From a virus (Duplodnaviria; Caudoviricetes), in IMG/VR virus record IMGVR_UViG_3300037478_000584, positions 1-56,257 of that record: a stretch of 56,257 nt of DNA. The stretch is one strand, 5' to 3'. Both the position numbers and the translations under genes were made by a program. How positions within the stretch are numbered: the stretch's first letter is position 1; every line of letters starts with the position of its first letter. The notes beneath the pieces were generated by a model, which was not told the DNA's origin, did not search any database, and saw only the letters and a list, made by a program, of their open reading frames with translations. Shown in pieces: positions 9,077-18,413 of this stretch.

Positions 9077-10629
9077 TAGATGTTCTCTTCGGGTTGTAGC
9101 GTGACGTTCAGGCTTCTATCGGCATCAAGCAGAGTGGTACGCACGTTCGCCTCGATGAAGTTCGCGTGCATCACCTGGAGCACGACGGGCAGATCGTCCG
9201 CGTACGTGTAGCTGTAGTTCTGGCCGGCCTGTGTCGCGCTCTCCTCGCCGGCAAGCTCAACGGTGCCAATCGTGCCGGGCGTAGCGGCCGCTTCGTACAG
9301 CCGCCATTCGTAGCCGGTCACTGCGGCACCGCTCTGGTCACGAACGTCGAAGGATAGGTTGCGCTGGCCGGTGACGACTGTGGTCGATGCGCCAGCACCG
9401 TTCCGAACCGTCGGCACACCGCCACCGCCGAGGATGCTGACCTCGATATGCTTGCCGCTGTTGTTGTACAGCGCGGCGTTCGTGGTGCCATCCGCGCCGT
9501 AGCTGGAGAACGTGTTGCCGAACAGACCAATGGTGCTCGGCGTCGCGGCCCCAAGTTCGATGGCGTGACCGGTCCCACCCGATGCGAACGCGGTACCGTC
9601 GAGCCGCCCGTTCGGATTGGCGTCAACGTCCCACAGCAATGCCGACGACGCCGTGCTGCCAACGATCGTGCAGTCGCTGACCGTAGCGCCATTCGCCACG
9701 ATCTGCCCCGACGTCGACACCAGGCAACCGGTCAGGCTGCACGATGGCGATAGCTCAATGGTACGCAGCGAGCCGAACGCGCAGCCGTCCGCCGACAGCG
9801 ACCCGGCCGATCCGGTGACCACCAAGTCGCCCCGTGTCGTGCCAGCGGACCGCACCACAGCGTTGCCGAACGAGACCGCCGTCGACGCATGTTGCAGGTC
9901 GACCGACAGGCCCATGAAGGAGCTGGCCACCATGGGCTGGTCGGCAAACACCAGCGCGAAGCCGTCGTGGTCGAACTGTACCGAGGCGTCCGACTGCCCA
10001 ATGGTGAGGCGCGCCAGGCAGTAGATCACGCCGTCTTTGGTGGTGACGACGCCGTACTTGTTGTCAGCGTTCGCCTCGTCCGCGGCGACGAAGTCCGAGA
10101 AGGTCGCGCCCGCGCCAGTGACGACGAGTCCGCCCGTGGTATGGTCGGTCGCGTCCTGTACCAGGTTGGGCGACGTCCCGCCCACCGCGGGAAGCGACGC
10201 GACGACGCCGAAGAACTGGACCGCAGCGCGATTGAGCGTCCCGGTGCTTTCCTCTGGCGTGCGGCTCACGTCGACCCAGACGCGCACCCATCCGCCGGTT
10301 GGCGGGTAGGCCACCATCGGGAAGTGATGGTGAGCGTAGTTACTGGTCGCGCCGGTCCCAAGTCGAATCTTGAGCGCCGCGACGACGCTGTAGTGCGTGT
10401 GCCACAGCCACATCCCCACGTGGCTTCCGGCTGCGCTCAGGTCGACGCCGGAGCCGTTGTCGAACTGATAGCCGTGGTCCGTCGCGTTCGATTGGCGCCT
10501 AGCGAACGCGGCCGTGCCTTGGAGGAACACATCGGACTGCACGCCACCGCCCGGACCGCCGCCGACGCTGGCCCACGTGCCGCCATCGGCGTTCGTGATC
10601 CGCGTGAGTTGCGACGTGACGGTTGCCAT
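9076..10629 (-). CDS. tail fibre/spike-like protein with beta-helix-like central region
   Basis: 517 aa G/S/T/A-rich, repetitive beta pattern. Confidence 0.55.
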   Translation of the reverse strand: MATVTSQLTRITNADGGTWASVGGGPGGGVQSDVFLQGTAAFARRQSNATDHGYQFDNGSGVDLSAAGSHVGMWLWHTHYSVVAALKIRLGTGATSNYAHHHFPMVAYPPTGGWVRVWVDVSRTPEESTGTLNRAAVQFFGVVASLPAVGGTSPNLVQDATDHTTGGLVVTGAGATFSDFVAADEANADNKYGVVTTKDGVIYCLARLTIGQSDASVQFDHDGFALVFADQPMVASSFMGLSVDLQHASTAVSFGNAVVRSAGTTRGDLVVTGSAGSLSADGCAFGSLRTIELSPSCSLTGCLVSTSGQIVANGATVSDCTIVGSTASSALLWDVDANPNGRLDGTAFASGGTGHAIELGAATPSTIGLFGNTFSSYGADGTTNAALYNNSGKHIEVSILGGGGVPTVRNGAGASTTVVTGQRNLSFDVRDQSGAAVTGYEWRLYEAAATPGTIGTVELAGEESATQAGQNYSYTYADDLPVVLQVMHANFIEANVRTTLLDADRSLNVTLQPEENI

Positions 10630-10644
10630 GCTGTCCTTAGCGCT

Positions 10645-10908
10645 TCACTTCAACGCGTCCTCGGCCTCTTCGGCGCACGCCGCAGCGCAATCGAGCGCAT
10701 CGGTAAGGCACGCCGAGAACCGGCGCGACCCATCGTCGAGACACTCGCGGTCATCGTCGGCGCACGCCTCCGTGTAGAGGAGCGCATCGTCAACGCACGT
10801 CTCCGCGTCGGCCTTGCAGAAGCGCAGGCAGCCGGACAGGTCGATGTCGTCAGGGTTCGGGAGGGCGCAGGCCGCAACGAGCAGGAGCGCAACGAGAAGG
10901 CGCTTCAC
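10645..10908 (-). CDS. Cys-rich lipoprotein
   Basis: MKRLLVALLLVAAC lipobox; multiple Cys. Confidence 0.6.
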   Translation of the reverse strand: MKRLLVALLLVAACALPNPDDIDLSGCLRFCKADAETCVDDALLYTEACADDDRECLDDGSRRFSACLTDALDCAAACAEEAEDALK

Positions 10909-11417
10909 GATTCGATCTCCACGAACGCGCCGCTCTCACGCAGCTTCGCGATCCAGCTCTCGACCTTCGTCCGCACCATGGCGTCGAGCGCATCTGGGCC
11001 GAGCACGCGCTCCAGTTCCGCAATGCCGCGTTCCCCGAGGTAGCCGCGCACCTCGTCCTGTGCCATCTCGGAAAGCTCGCGCAGCTCGTCGGTGTCGATC
11101 ACGCCGTCCTCGAGGATGCGCTCCCACTCGGTGCCGAAACGCTGCGCTGCGCCGCGCACGGCATGTTCCGCTGCCTCGCCGAGACGGAGCGTAGCGCTCT
11201 CCACGTAGGCGCTGCCCGTCTTGGCGCGAAGCCACGTGGCCGCATACGCAACGGCGCAGGCCATTGCGGCGAGGAGCAGATCGAGAAGCAGCGGCGCGAG
11301 TCCGTCGAGGAACGCGGCGGCGAAGGGCGGGAGCGCTGCGCCACCGGAGCATGCGGCGAGGATCGTGATGGCGAGGAGGGCTGCGAGGATGGGGAGGTGT
11401 TTCATGGTGCGGGTCAC
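10905..11417 (-). CDS. holin-like membrane protein (LL-H-like) with possible lipobox
   Basis: Two hydrophobic segments followed by WLRAKTG...AEHAVRGAAQ helical domain. Confidence 0.5.
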   Translation of the reverse strand: MTRTMKHLPILAALLAITILAACSGGAALPPFAAAFLDGLAPLLLDLLLAAMACAVAYAATWLRAKTGSAYVESATLRLGEAAEHAVRGAAQRFGTEWERILEDGVIDTDELRELSEMAQDEVRGYLGERGIAELERVLGPDALDAMVRTKVESWIAKLRESGAFVEIES

Positions 11418-12592
11418 GAACTGTAGATGGTGCGGCCGGTGGCGCTGTCTTGGTCGCGGTAGTTGACCTTGAAGTAGTTGACCTCGCCGACCGCGCCGAG
11501 CGCGCTGTTATCGACGGGCGGAGCGTCAGCCGATCCGGTCTTCCGCTCGTCCGAGAATGACGTGCCGAAGAAGTTCACCGCGGCGCGGTTGTTGGTGCCG
11601 ATGCGCATGCGCGATCCGGTCGACGGGTTGCGATGCCAGATGAGCGTGCCACCGTGGAAATTGACGTTGCCCCACGCTGCGAGGTGGTTTGCGATGTCCT
11701 CGGCGTCTGTCTCCCAGCCATTGAACGAGATGCCGGTGAAGTCGGCCGAACACATGCCAGTGTTGGCTCCCTGGCCGAAGATACCCAGCGCGTTCACGGA
11801 TTCGAAGAACATGCCCGTGCAGTTGATCCCCTGCGAGCGCAGCGCGACATCGAAAGCACGGTGGACGAAGTGCATCGACCCTCCGATGATGTTAACGTCC
11901 GCGCCCCAGTCCGCGTTGATATCGTGGCTCACGAAGCCGTCGCGCAATCCGATCATATGCACGTTGTCAAACGTCCATGCCTTCGTCTGCGTGTGGCCCA
12001 TCGTGACGCCAGCGAGTCCGCCGGAAAGGTGGCAGTCGCGCACGATGCCCTCGGCGTCGTTGCTCGTGCCAGTCGGACCGATGTCGATTGGGTAGTAGAA
12101 CTTCCGTACCGAGCACCCGACAACGCGCGGGAAGGACGAGCCGCCTTTCACTACTACGCCCGAATGGTCGCGCGTGACACCAGCGGGAACCCACTCTTGC
12201 GTCACAAGAGCTGAGCCGGCCGCGCCGATCGTGTTGGCGTCGACGCCCTGGCCCTCGATGTCGAGACCCTTCAGCGTCACGCCGCGGATGCCGTCGAGCA
12301 CAATCGCGGGCTGCGTGGGGTCGGTCTGGATGATACGCGTCTGACCGACGTCAGCCTCGACCCCTGGGAAGTCTGCGTCGTTCGCGCCCTCGATCGTGAT
12401 GCCAGATGTGCCAGACCACGTGATCGGCTCGTCGCCCTCGAAGCGACCAGCTGGAAGCACCACGCGGGGAATACCACGCGCTGCCGCCCAAGCAACGATC
12501 TCGCCAACCTCGCCCAACTCGAACGCGGTTGACGAGCGGTCGCTCACGATGCCGAGTGAACGGCCGCGAGCGTCTGTGATTCGAGCGGGCAT
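11414..12592 (-). CDS. pectate-lyase-like beta-helix tailspike/depolymerase
   Basis: VVLPAGRF...ITIEG, GVTLKGLDIEG and repeated beta-helix turns. Confidence 0.7.
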   Translation of the reverse strand: MPARITDARGRSLGIVSDRSSTAFELGEVGEIVAWAAARGIPRVVLPAGRFEGDEPITWSGTSGITIEGANDADFPGVEADVGQTRIIQTDPTQPAIVLDGIRGVTLKGLDIEGQGVDANTIGAAGSALVTQEWVPAGVTRDHSGVVVKGGSSFPRVVGCSVRKFYYPIDIGPTGTSNDAEGIVRDCHLSGGLAGVTMGHTQTKAWTFDNVHMIGLRDGFVSHDINADWGADVNIIGGSMHFVHRAFDVALRSQGINCTGMFFESVNALGIFGQGANTGMCSADFTGISFNGWETDAEDIANHLAAWGNVNFHGGTLIWHRNPSTGSRMRIGTNNRAAVNFFGTSFSDERKTGSADAPPVDNSALGAVGEVNYFKVNYRDQDSATGRTIYSS

Positions 12593-13371
12593 TAGATAAC
12601 ACCGGCGCCGAGGTAGGTCACAAGGGCCGTCCGCTCATCTGCGGTGAGCACGCGATTGAGGCGCACGATCTCTCCGATCTTTCCGTCGAATAGCTGCGTC
12701 CCGTTGAACGCCGCGCCGATGGCACCGGAGTTGTCCGAGTTGGTAGCTCGCTGCGTTCCGTATGCCGCGGTGTCTATTGCGACTCCGTCTTCGTAGATGG
12801 TGATCGTCGACCCCGCGGCGTCGACCTCCCAGCCAAGAACCTGCGCGGCCGTGTCGGGCACCGAGTCGAGAACGTCATTCGCAAGGCCGCCGGTCCAGAC
12901 GCCATGGCGCCCACCGTTGCTCGTGGCGGTCCAGTAGAAGCCAACGCGAATGTCGCCGCCGGCCCCGCCATTGCTACTCGTGTCGATCAAGGTGCGCAGG
13001 CTCGCCGTCGTCGTGTCGGCCTTGATGAGCACATAGCAGGCGTGCGACTGCGACGCGTCGGACAATGAGCCCGGGGTGGCAAGCGAAAGGAATTGCGACG
13101 TGCCGTTGAGACTCAGCGAATGGCGCTCGCCGAAGTCGGGATCGTTGAGGGTGTACAGCGGGCGAGCCGCGTCAACGTCCTTCGTCCACGCCGTCGCGGA
13201 GGCGCTCGCGTCGAGCCATTCCGAGACGCCCGCGCCCGTGACGGTGATCGACGCCGGGTCGCGGGGCATCCAGAGAATGACGTCCTCGCCGAGGTCGGTT
13301 GGCGTCCACGCCGCAGCGCCGCTCGTTCGCCTCGCCCCAACCGCAACGGCCCGACCCATCATGCTAGGCAT
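12592..13371 (-). CDS. LamG/concanavalin A-like lectin domain virion protein
   Basis: WTPTDL..VILW, GVSEWLD, FDGKIGEIVRLNRVLTADER..LVTYL. Confidence 0.75.
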   Translation of the reverse strand: MPSMMGRAVAVGARRTSGAAAWTPTDLGEDVILWMPRDPASITVTGAGVSEWLDASASATAWTKDVDAARPLYTLNDPDFGERHSLSLNGTSQFLSLATPGSLSDASQSHACYVLIKADTTTASLRTLIDTSSNGGAGGDIRVGFYWTATSNGGRHGVWTGGLANDVLDSVPDTAAQVLGWEVDAAGSTITIYEDGVAIDTAAYGTQRATNSDNSGAIGAAFNGTQLFDGKIGEIVRLNRVLTADERTALVTYLGAGVI

Positions 13372-13532
13372 TACCGCGCCCCCAATCGCACCAGCGCGTC
13401 ACGCACGTCGAGGTACGTCACGGTCAGCCACGCGGCGGCATAGATTGCGTAGATCAAGGGTAGGTTCCAAACGGTTCCAAAGTGGTACCAAACAGTTCCA
13501 AAGCAAACGGCGCCACCAAGGCTGCCTCGCAT
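13371..13532 (-). CDS. possible 53 aa membrane peptide (MRGSLGGAVCFGTVWYHFGTVWNLPLIYAIYAAAW...), below the ORF track cutoff
   Basis: Open frame whose TAA overlaps the ATG of the LamG gene; hydrophobic core; contains the tandem repeat. Confidence 0.4.
   Translation of the reverse strand: MRGSLGGAVCFGTVWYHFGTVWNLPLIYAIYAAAWLTVTYLDVRDALVRLGAR
13463..13504. repeat. four 10-11 bp direct repeats (GGTTCCAAAC, GGTTCCAAAGT, GGTACCAAAC, AGTTCCAAAGC)
   Basis: Seen in sequence. Confidence 0.85.
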
Positions 13533-13537
13533 CGGGT

Positions 13538-13589
13538 AGAAAGAAACCGGCCGCGCCGCACCGTTGGGTGTAGCGACGCAGCGGGCCGG
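13538..13589 (-). terminator. possible intrinsic terminator/attenuator
   Basis: CCGGCC...GGCCGG stem followed by TTTCTTTCT on the minus strand. Confidence 0.45.
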
Positions 13590-13627
13590 CTAGTCTGTAT
13601 TCGTAATTCGAATGACGGATAAAGCCG

Positions 13628-14677
13628 TCACGCGACGCGAAAGCCCGCAGCTTCCGCGGTGGCCTGTCCCGGCACTTCACCGGTCGGAGCGGTCGGCGCC
13701 GTATCCACCAATGCGTCAAGGTACGCGACAATCACGTCGTCCAGTAGCGTCGGGGCCGAGAGCGTGTTCGTCGTGTCGCCGCCCGCGTTGGTGTGGACCG
13801 GCTGCGCATCGCCGCTACCAATGATGCGGTGTCGCTCATAGGCGCGCTCCCGCAAGTCACTGAGCAGCACTTGCGCGCCGGCCAGGTCCGTTGCGGGCGA
13901 GACCACGACGGCGTTCTCGGTGTCGTCGTTGGTGTGCCAGCGCGTTCCGGTGCTGAGCGCCACGAGGTGGTCGACCAGCACGTCACGCAACTGATTGAGC
14001 GCCACGATGCCGTCCGCCACACTGCGCGGAGCGTACCGGCTCACGACGTTATCGGTGTCGGCCACCGCGTGCCACGACGTTCCGGCCAGGTGGTCCTCCA
14101 CCTCGTCGCGAAGGTCCGTGACGCGCGTCAGGAAGACGCCGCATGCAGTCGCGACCGTGGCGCCAACCATCGCAGTAAGCGCGTCGGTCACGTCGGTCTG
14201 GAGCGCTGCGACGCGGGACGCTTCGTTCAGGTGGTCAGCCAGCGCGGCGGCCCGGATCGTGGCGTCCGCCACCGTGATGCTGAGGTCCGCTCCGCCGAAC
14301 GCGCCGGCACGGATCGGCAGGGTCATCTCCACGCCTACCTGGATGGTTCCGCTGTCGGTCGCGGCGATGCTGCGCACGATCTCGAAGGCGCGGTTGGGCG
14401 CCTCGCGGATCAGGTACACCGTGACGCCGTACGCGCCGGGGACGTCCGGGGCGAACGAGTCCGCCAGGATGCCCAGCTCAGCGGCCCGGACCGGGTCGGA
14501 CACCTGCGCGACGGTGTGGTCCGTCGGCACCAGAGCGAGACCGGTGGACAGCACGGACCGGGGCGGTACGCTCGTGACCTCGATGGCGTAGTCCGTGACG
14601 AGCACGGCAGACGCGTCAGACGTCACCGTGACGGCCTGGCCGGCGACGGGGTAGGTTGGCGTGGCGAGTAGGGTCAC
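13628..14677 (-). CDS. virion protein with internal repeat (DHL...WH..D..N.V)
   Basis: 349 aa; repeated helix-His motif. Confidence 0.55.
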   Translation of the reverse strand: MTLLATPTYPVAGQAVTVTSDASAVLVTDYAIEVTSVPPRSVLSTGLALVPTDHTVAQVSDPVRAAELGILADSFAPDVPGAYGVTVYLIREAPNRAFEIVRSIAATDSGTIQVGVEMTLPIRAGAFGGADLSITVADATIRAAALADHLNEASRVAALQTDVTDALTAMVGATVATACGVFLTRVTDLRDEVEDHLAGTSWHAVADTDNVVSRYAPRSVADGIVALNQLRDVLVDHLVALSTGTRWHTNDDTENAVVVSPATDLAGAQVLLSDLRERAYERHRIIGSGDAQPVHTNAGGDTTNTLSAPTLLDDVIVAYLDALVDTAPTAPTGEVPGQATAEAAGFRVA

Positions 14678-14694
14678 GGCGCGTCAGAGTGGCC

Positions 14695-14733
14695 TTGCGG
14701 CGCGAGGAAATCGGCGTTACGTTGGGTCCCATG
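14695..14733 (+). promoter_or_regulatory. leaderless sigma70-like promoter TTGCGG-17-TACGTT-7-ATG
   Basis: Seen in sequence. Confidence 0.55.
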
Positions 14734-15027
14734 CTGGGACGAGTCTGGGCAGGGTTGGCCGTGACGCTGGTCGCGCTGGGGTGCGGCAGTGGTGGCGACG
14801 TGCCGGAGCCGGCTGATGGTGCCGGTGGGCAAGGTGGCGAACTGGCCGAGGGTGGAAGCGGCGGAGAGGGCGGGACCGGTGGCGACCTCGCGTGCGGCCC
14901 GATGCCGACCGACTGCGAGGTCAACGAAGACTGCGGGCCGGTCGGTTGCGCCGTGTGCCTCGATGCGACCGGCAACGGTGAGCTTGCGTGCCACGCATGC
15001 CCGGGACCGGCCGAGTGTGATGACTAG
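14731..15027 (+). CDS. Gly/Cys-rich lipoprotein (moron, myxobacterial style)
   Basis: Lipobox VALGC, GGxGG linker, C-terminal Cys-rich domain; antisense to flanking tail genes. Confidence 0.7.
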   Translation: MLGRVWAGLAVTLVALGCGSGGDVPEPADGAGGQGGELAEGGSGGEGGTGGDLACGPMPTDCEVNEDCGPVGCAVCLDATGNGELACHACPGPAECDD

Positions 15028-15716
15028 CTGTGGTTGCTGATCACGCCGTCACCGCCACCACCAGAAGCCCACCACTTCGTTCCGTCGTACACGAACTCCA
15101 GCGATCCTCGGCCAGCGTTCACGGTTGTGGTCAGCTTGGCCAGTTCGGTTGCGTCCTCGCGCTGGAAGATCCAGTTTGCGGCTCCGCTGGTCCTCGTGTT
15201 GACGACGCGAATGCGCTCGCCGGCCACTGGAACCGGCGAGGTTGAGTGCCGCAGCGTGATAGTTCTCTGGGACGTGGGCACCGCGGCCGAGATGTAGACA
15301 TCAAAGTCGACGTCGATCGTCGCGTCAGCGTCCGCAACCTCGCTTGCGTCAACCCGATACCGAATGCCAGCACCGGTGCCGCTGAGAAGCGTCTTGCCGG
15401 TTAGCGTGACCAGTCCGCTCGCCGTGATGGCTGCAGCGGTCGTTGCCCCGACAAGCGTCGTGGCGCCATCGACGTTCAGCGTCGTGTCGCAATCGACCGC
15501 GCCGTTCACCGTCAGATCGCCGGTGACCGTGCTGGTGCCGATGTTGTCCGAGGAAATTCCTGCGCCGCTCACCACAATCTGGGAGCTGGGGGAATAGTTG
15601 CCACCGTTGACGAAGTCGCCGGCCTTCACGAGGTTGGTCTTCAGCCACGAGATGAAGGTTGCCGGAATCGTCGACACACCGTCTGTGAAGGTGCCCGGCC
15701 ACGCTGGAATGGTCAT
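15024..15716 (-). CDS. tail fibre-like protein
   Basis: G.LTV.G beta-repeat shaft; C-terminal LEFVYDGTKWW; located after the baseplate genes. Confidence 0.65.
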   Translation of the reverse strand: MTIPAWPGTFTDGVSTIPATFISWLKTNLVKAGDFVNGGNYSPSSQIVVSGAGISSDNIGTSTVTGDLTVNGAVDCDTTLNVDGATTLVGATTAAAITASGLVTLTGKTLLSGTGAGIRYRVDASEVADADATIDVDFDVYISAAVPTSQRTITLRHSTSPVPVAGERIRVVNTRTSGAANWIFQREDATELAKLTTTVNAGRGSLEFVYDGTKWWASGGGGDGVISNHS

Positions 15717-15726
15717 CGGTTGACTC

Positions 15727-15757
15727 GCTTATGAGGTGTGTTTAGGTTCAGTACGCT
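15727..15757 (+). promoter_or_regulatory. GCTTATG-class promoter (TTATGA-17-TACGCT), leadered with GAGGAGG RBS
   Basis: Seen in sequence. Confidence 0.65.
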
Positions 15758-15798
15758 GCCCGTTGTGTGGGAACTTCGGACAGCGAGGAGGTGAACGC

Positions 15799-17157
15799 GT
15801 GGGTAAGGACTACGGTTTTCAGGCCGCGGACCGGGAGGCTATCTGGTCTGCGTGGGATGACGTGCGCTCGGTGCTGTACGTGCTGCCAACCGGCGGCGGG
15901 AAGACGGTCGTAGCGGCGCAGATCGTCAAGGGCGAACTGGACGCGGGCGGGCGCGTTCTGTTCCTCGCGAATCGTCGCGAGCAGGTTCGGCAGGCGCGCG
16001 CTCAGATGATGAAGGTCGGCATCCTCGACGATGACATCGACATCATCATGGCGAACGGAGACGAGTTCGACCCGGAGGCCTCTGTCTACATCGCCAGCGT
16101 ACACACGTTGGACAGTTGGAGGCGTCGCGGGATCACCTTCCCGCCGGGAACGTTGGTCATCCCAGACGAGGCGCACCACGCATGCTCGCCGCAGTGGATG
16201 CGCATCCTCGGCCGCTACCCGAAGGCTCGCATCCTGGGTCTCACCGCGACGCCATATCGGCTGGACGGCAAGGGCCTCGGGCGCGTCTTTCAGGCGGTCG
16301 TTGGTGACCACCAGCATCGCGAGCTGTTCGATCGAGGTGTGCTCGCGGAGCCGCGGGACATCTACTCGATCGATCGTGAGATGATCGAAGAAGAGTTGCG
16401 CGGCATGAAGCGCGGCAAGAGCGGCGACTACGCCCGCGAAGAACTGTCACGCAAGGTGCGCCGCAAGCCGCTCGTGAAGAGCTATGTCCGTCACTACGGC
16501 GACTACGGACAGGGGAAGCGAGCCGTCGTGTACGCGGTGGACATCGCCCACGCAAGCATCATCTGCGAGCACTTCCGGGGGGCCGGCTACGATGCCGAGA
16601 TGCTCAGCAGCGAGACGCCGCTGCCAGACCGCAATCGCATCCTCGCTGACTTCAAGTCGGGGAAGGTCCGCATCCTCGTCAACTGCGAGATCCTGACCGA
16701 GGGCTGGGACATGCCGTCCGCCATGGTCTGCATCTGCGCGCGTCCGACGCTGAGCGTCGCGCTGTGGGACCAGATGATTGGGCGCTTCCTGCGGCCATAC
16801 GGGAAGCAGCGGCCCATCATTCTCGACCACGCTGGCAACGTTCACCGGCACGGCTTTCCGTGGGTCGAGCCATGGCGCAAGTGGTCGCTTGACGCTGGGC
16901 TGAAGAAGCGCCGCAAAGGCGAGCCGGTCATGAAGGACTGTCCGGCGTGCGAGCGCGCCATACCGGCCGGGTGCCTCACGTGCCCAGAGTGTGGGCACGA
17001 GTTTCCGGAGCCGAAGCCGTTGGAGGTGAATGGCAGACTTGTGAAGTGGACGCCCGAGGAGCGCGACGAGAAGCTTCGCACCATTCGCGAGGTTGCTATT
17101 AGGCGCGGCGCTCCGCCTCAGTGGGTTGACCGCGTAGTTGGAGCGGTGCTGGCATGA
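15799..17157 (+). CDS. SF2 DExH helicase (YejH/UvsW-like) with C-terminal zinc ribbon
   Basis: LPTGGGKT, DEAHH, GLTATP, LTEGWD, QMIGR, CPAC...CPECG. Confidence 0.9.
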   Translation: MGKDYGFQAADREAIWSAWDDVRSVLYVLPTGGGKTVVAAQIVKGELDAGGRVLFLANRREQVRQARAQMMKVGILDDDIDIIMANGDEFDPEASVYIASVHTLDSWRRRGITFPPGTLVIPDEAHHACSPQWMRILGRYPKARILGLTATPYRLDGKGLGRVFQAVVGDHQHRELFDRGVLAEPRDIYSIDREMIEEELRGMKRGKSGDYAREELSRKVRRKPLVKSYVRHYGDYGQGKRAVVYAVDIAHASIICEHFRGAGYDAEMLSSETPLPDRNRILADFKSGKVRILVNCEILTEGWDMPSAMVCICARPTLSVALWDQMIGRFLRPYGKQRPIILDHAGNVHRHGFPWVEPWRKWSLDAGLKKRRKGEPVMKDCPACERAIPAGCLTCPECGHEFPEPKPLEVNGRLVKWTPEERDEKLRTIREVAIRRGAPPQWVDRVVGAVLA

Positions 17158-18413
17158 CTGCGCGCGGGAGACCGCTGAAGCACGACTGCGCAGGCAAAAC
17201 GTTCGGTCGTCTCACAGCGCTTGACAAGTCATGCGTGAACGGAAAGACCACGTGGAGGTGCAGGTGCTCGTGCGGAAGCGACAAGGACGTGTGGGCGGAT
17301 GGCGGCGCACTAGTCCGTGGGCGACACAGGTCGTGCGGTTGTCTTCAGAAAGAGAGCGTGCCGAAGCTGGACATTATCGGGCAACGGTTCGGCATGTTGC
17401 TTGTCAGGAGCAGGGCTCCGAACAAGAACGGAAAACCTGGCGCCACTCAGTGGGTGTGCGATTGCGACTGCGGCAACAGCTTCGTAGCAGCGACCGCGTC
17501 GTTGACGTCTGGGAATACCAAAACGTGCGGGTGTCGAGGTAACACGCTCCAGAGGGCAAACGAATTTGCCGAAGTCATCAGAGCATGCGGCTCGTTAGCT
17601 GGTGCGGCTGAGAGTCTTGGGGTAGGAGAAAGTACGATCGGGGCAGCGTTGAGAAAACACGGCCTCGGCGTTCCGTCGGATTACGCTCCAGGTAAGCAGC
17701 CAATCGAGCTGTCTGGGGAGACCTTCGGTCGCTGGGTGGTGCTTTCGAAAGACCCCAAAGAGGTCGACAGATGGCTGTGCAAGTGCGAGTGTGGGAAGCT
17801 CAAGTCAGTCGTTGGGCATACCTTGGTTTCCGGCCGCAGCCAGTCGTGCGGCTGTCTTACAGGTGACATCGCGCGCGACCGGGCTGCCGATCTATCCGGA
17901 CTAGTGGTCGGACTCCTGACCGTTAGGAAGCGGGGCGAGAGTATAGGCAAGGCCGTTGGGTGGGAGTGTAAGTGCGCCTGTGGCGCGCAGGTTCTGAAGT
18001 CCTCAAGTGCCCTGTTGCAGGGCAAAACTCAGTCCTGCTCTTTTACATGTCCAGAGCGGGTTAAAGAACGGGCCGACAGGTATGTTGCGGCTTTGCGCGC
18101 AAGCAAAACGGTGAAGGAGGCCGGCGAAAGACTTGGTGTGAGCTTCCGCACAATATCGGGCGCGATCCCAAGATACGGGCTCGGCTACGCCACGGACTAC
18201 CTCAAGACTGAGGAGAGAATGGTCGAGGTGGATGGCGTGTCGATCAGTGTGGCCGACCTGGCAGCAATCCTTGGTGTCAAGGAGGCTACCGTGAGGAGTT
18301 ACATGAGCCGCGGTATCGAGCCGGACGTGATGGTCTTTGGCGGAGCGCTAGATGATCGTCCAGCCAACGATGCCCTGGTTGACGACGAACGAAGTTCCCG
18401 GTCCGGTTCCTAG
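17154..18413 (+). CDS. protein with four Cys-rich (FGRLTV..W.C.C.CG..SCGC) modules and three HTH-like motifs
   Basis: Repeats visible in translation; more AT-rich than flanks; ATGA-coupled to the helicase. Confidence 0.75.
   Translation: MTARGRPLKHDCAGKTFGRLTALDKSCVNGKTTWRCRCSCGSDKDVWADGGALVRGRHRSCGCLQKESVPKLDIIGQRFGMLLVRSRAPNKNGKPGATQWVCDCDCGNSFVAATASLTSGNTKTCGCRGNTLQRANEFAEVIRACGSLAGAAESLGVGESTIGAALRKHGLGVPSDYAPGKQPIELSGETFGRWVVLSKDPKEVDRWLCKCECGKLKSVVGHTLVSGRSQSCGCLTGDIARDRAADLSGLVVGLLTVRKRGESIGKAVGWECKCACGAQVLKSSSALLQGKTQSCSFTCPERVKERADRYVAALRASKTVKEAGERLGVSFRTISGAIPRYGLGYATDYLKTEERMVEVDGVSISVADLAAILGVKEATVRSYMSRGIEPDVMVFGGALDDRPANDALVDDERSSRSGS

Noticed and set aside
13463-13504. Repeats as a mini CRISPR array
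   Set aside because: Units are 10-11 bp and contiguous, with no spacers; no cas genes
17154-18413. HNH homing endonuclease
   Set aside because: Has the associated Cys modules but no recognisable HNH or GIY-YIG catalytic motif
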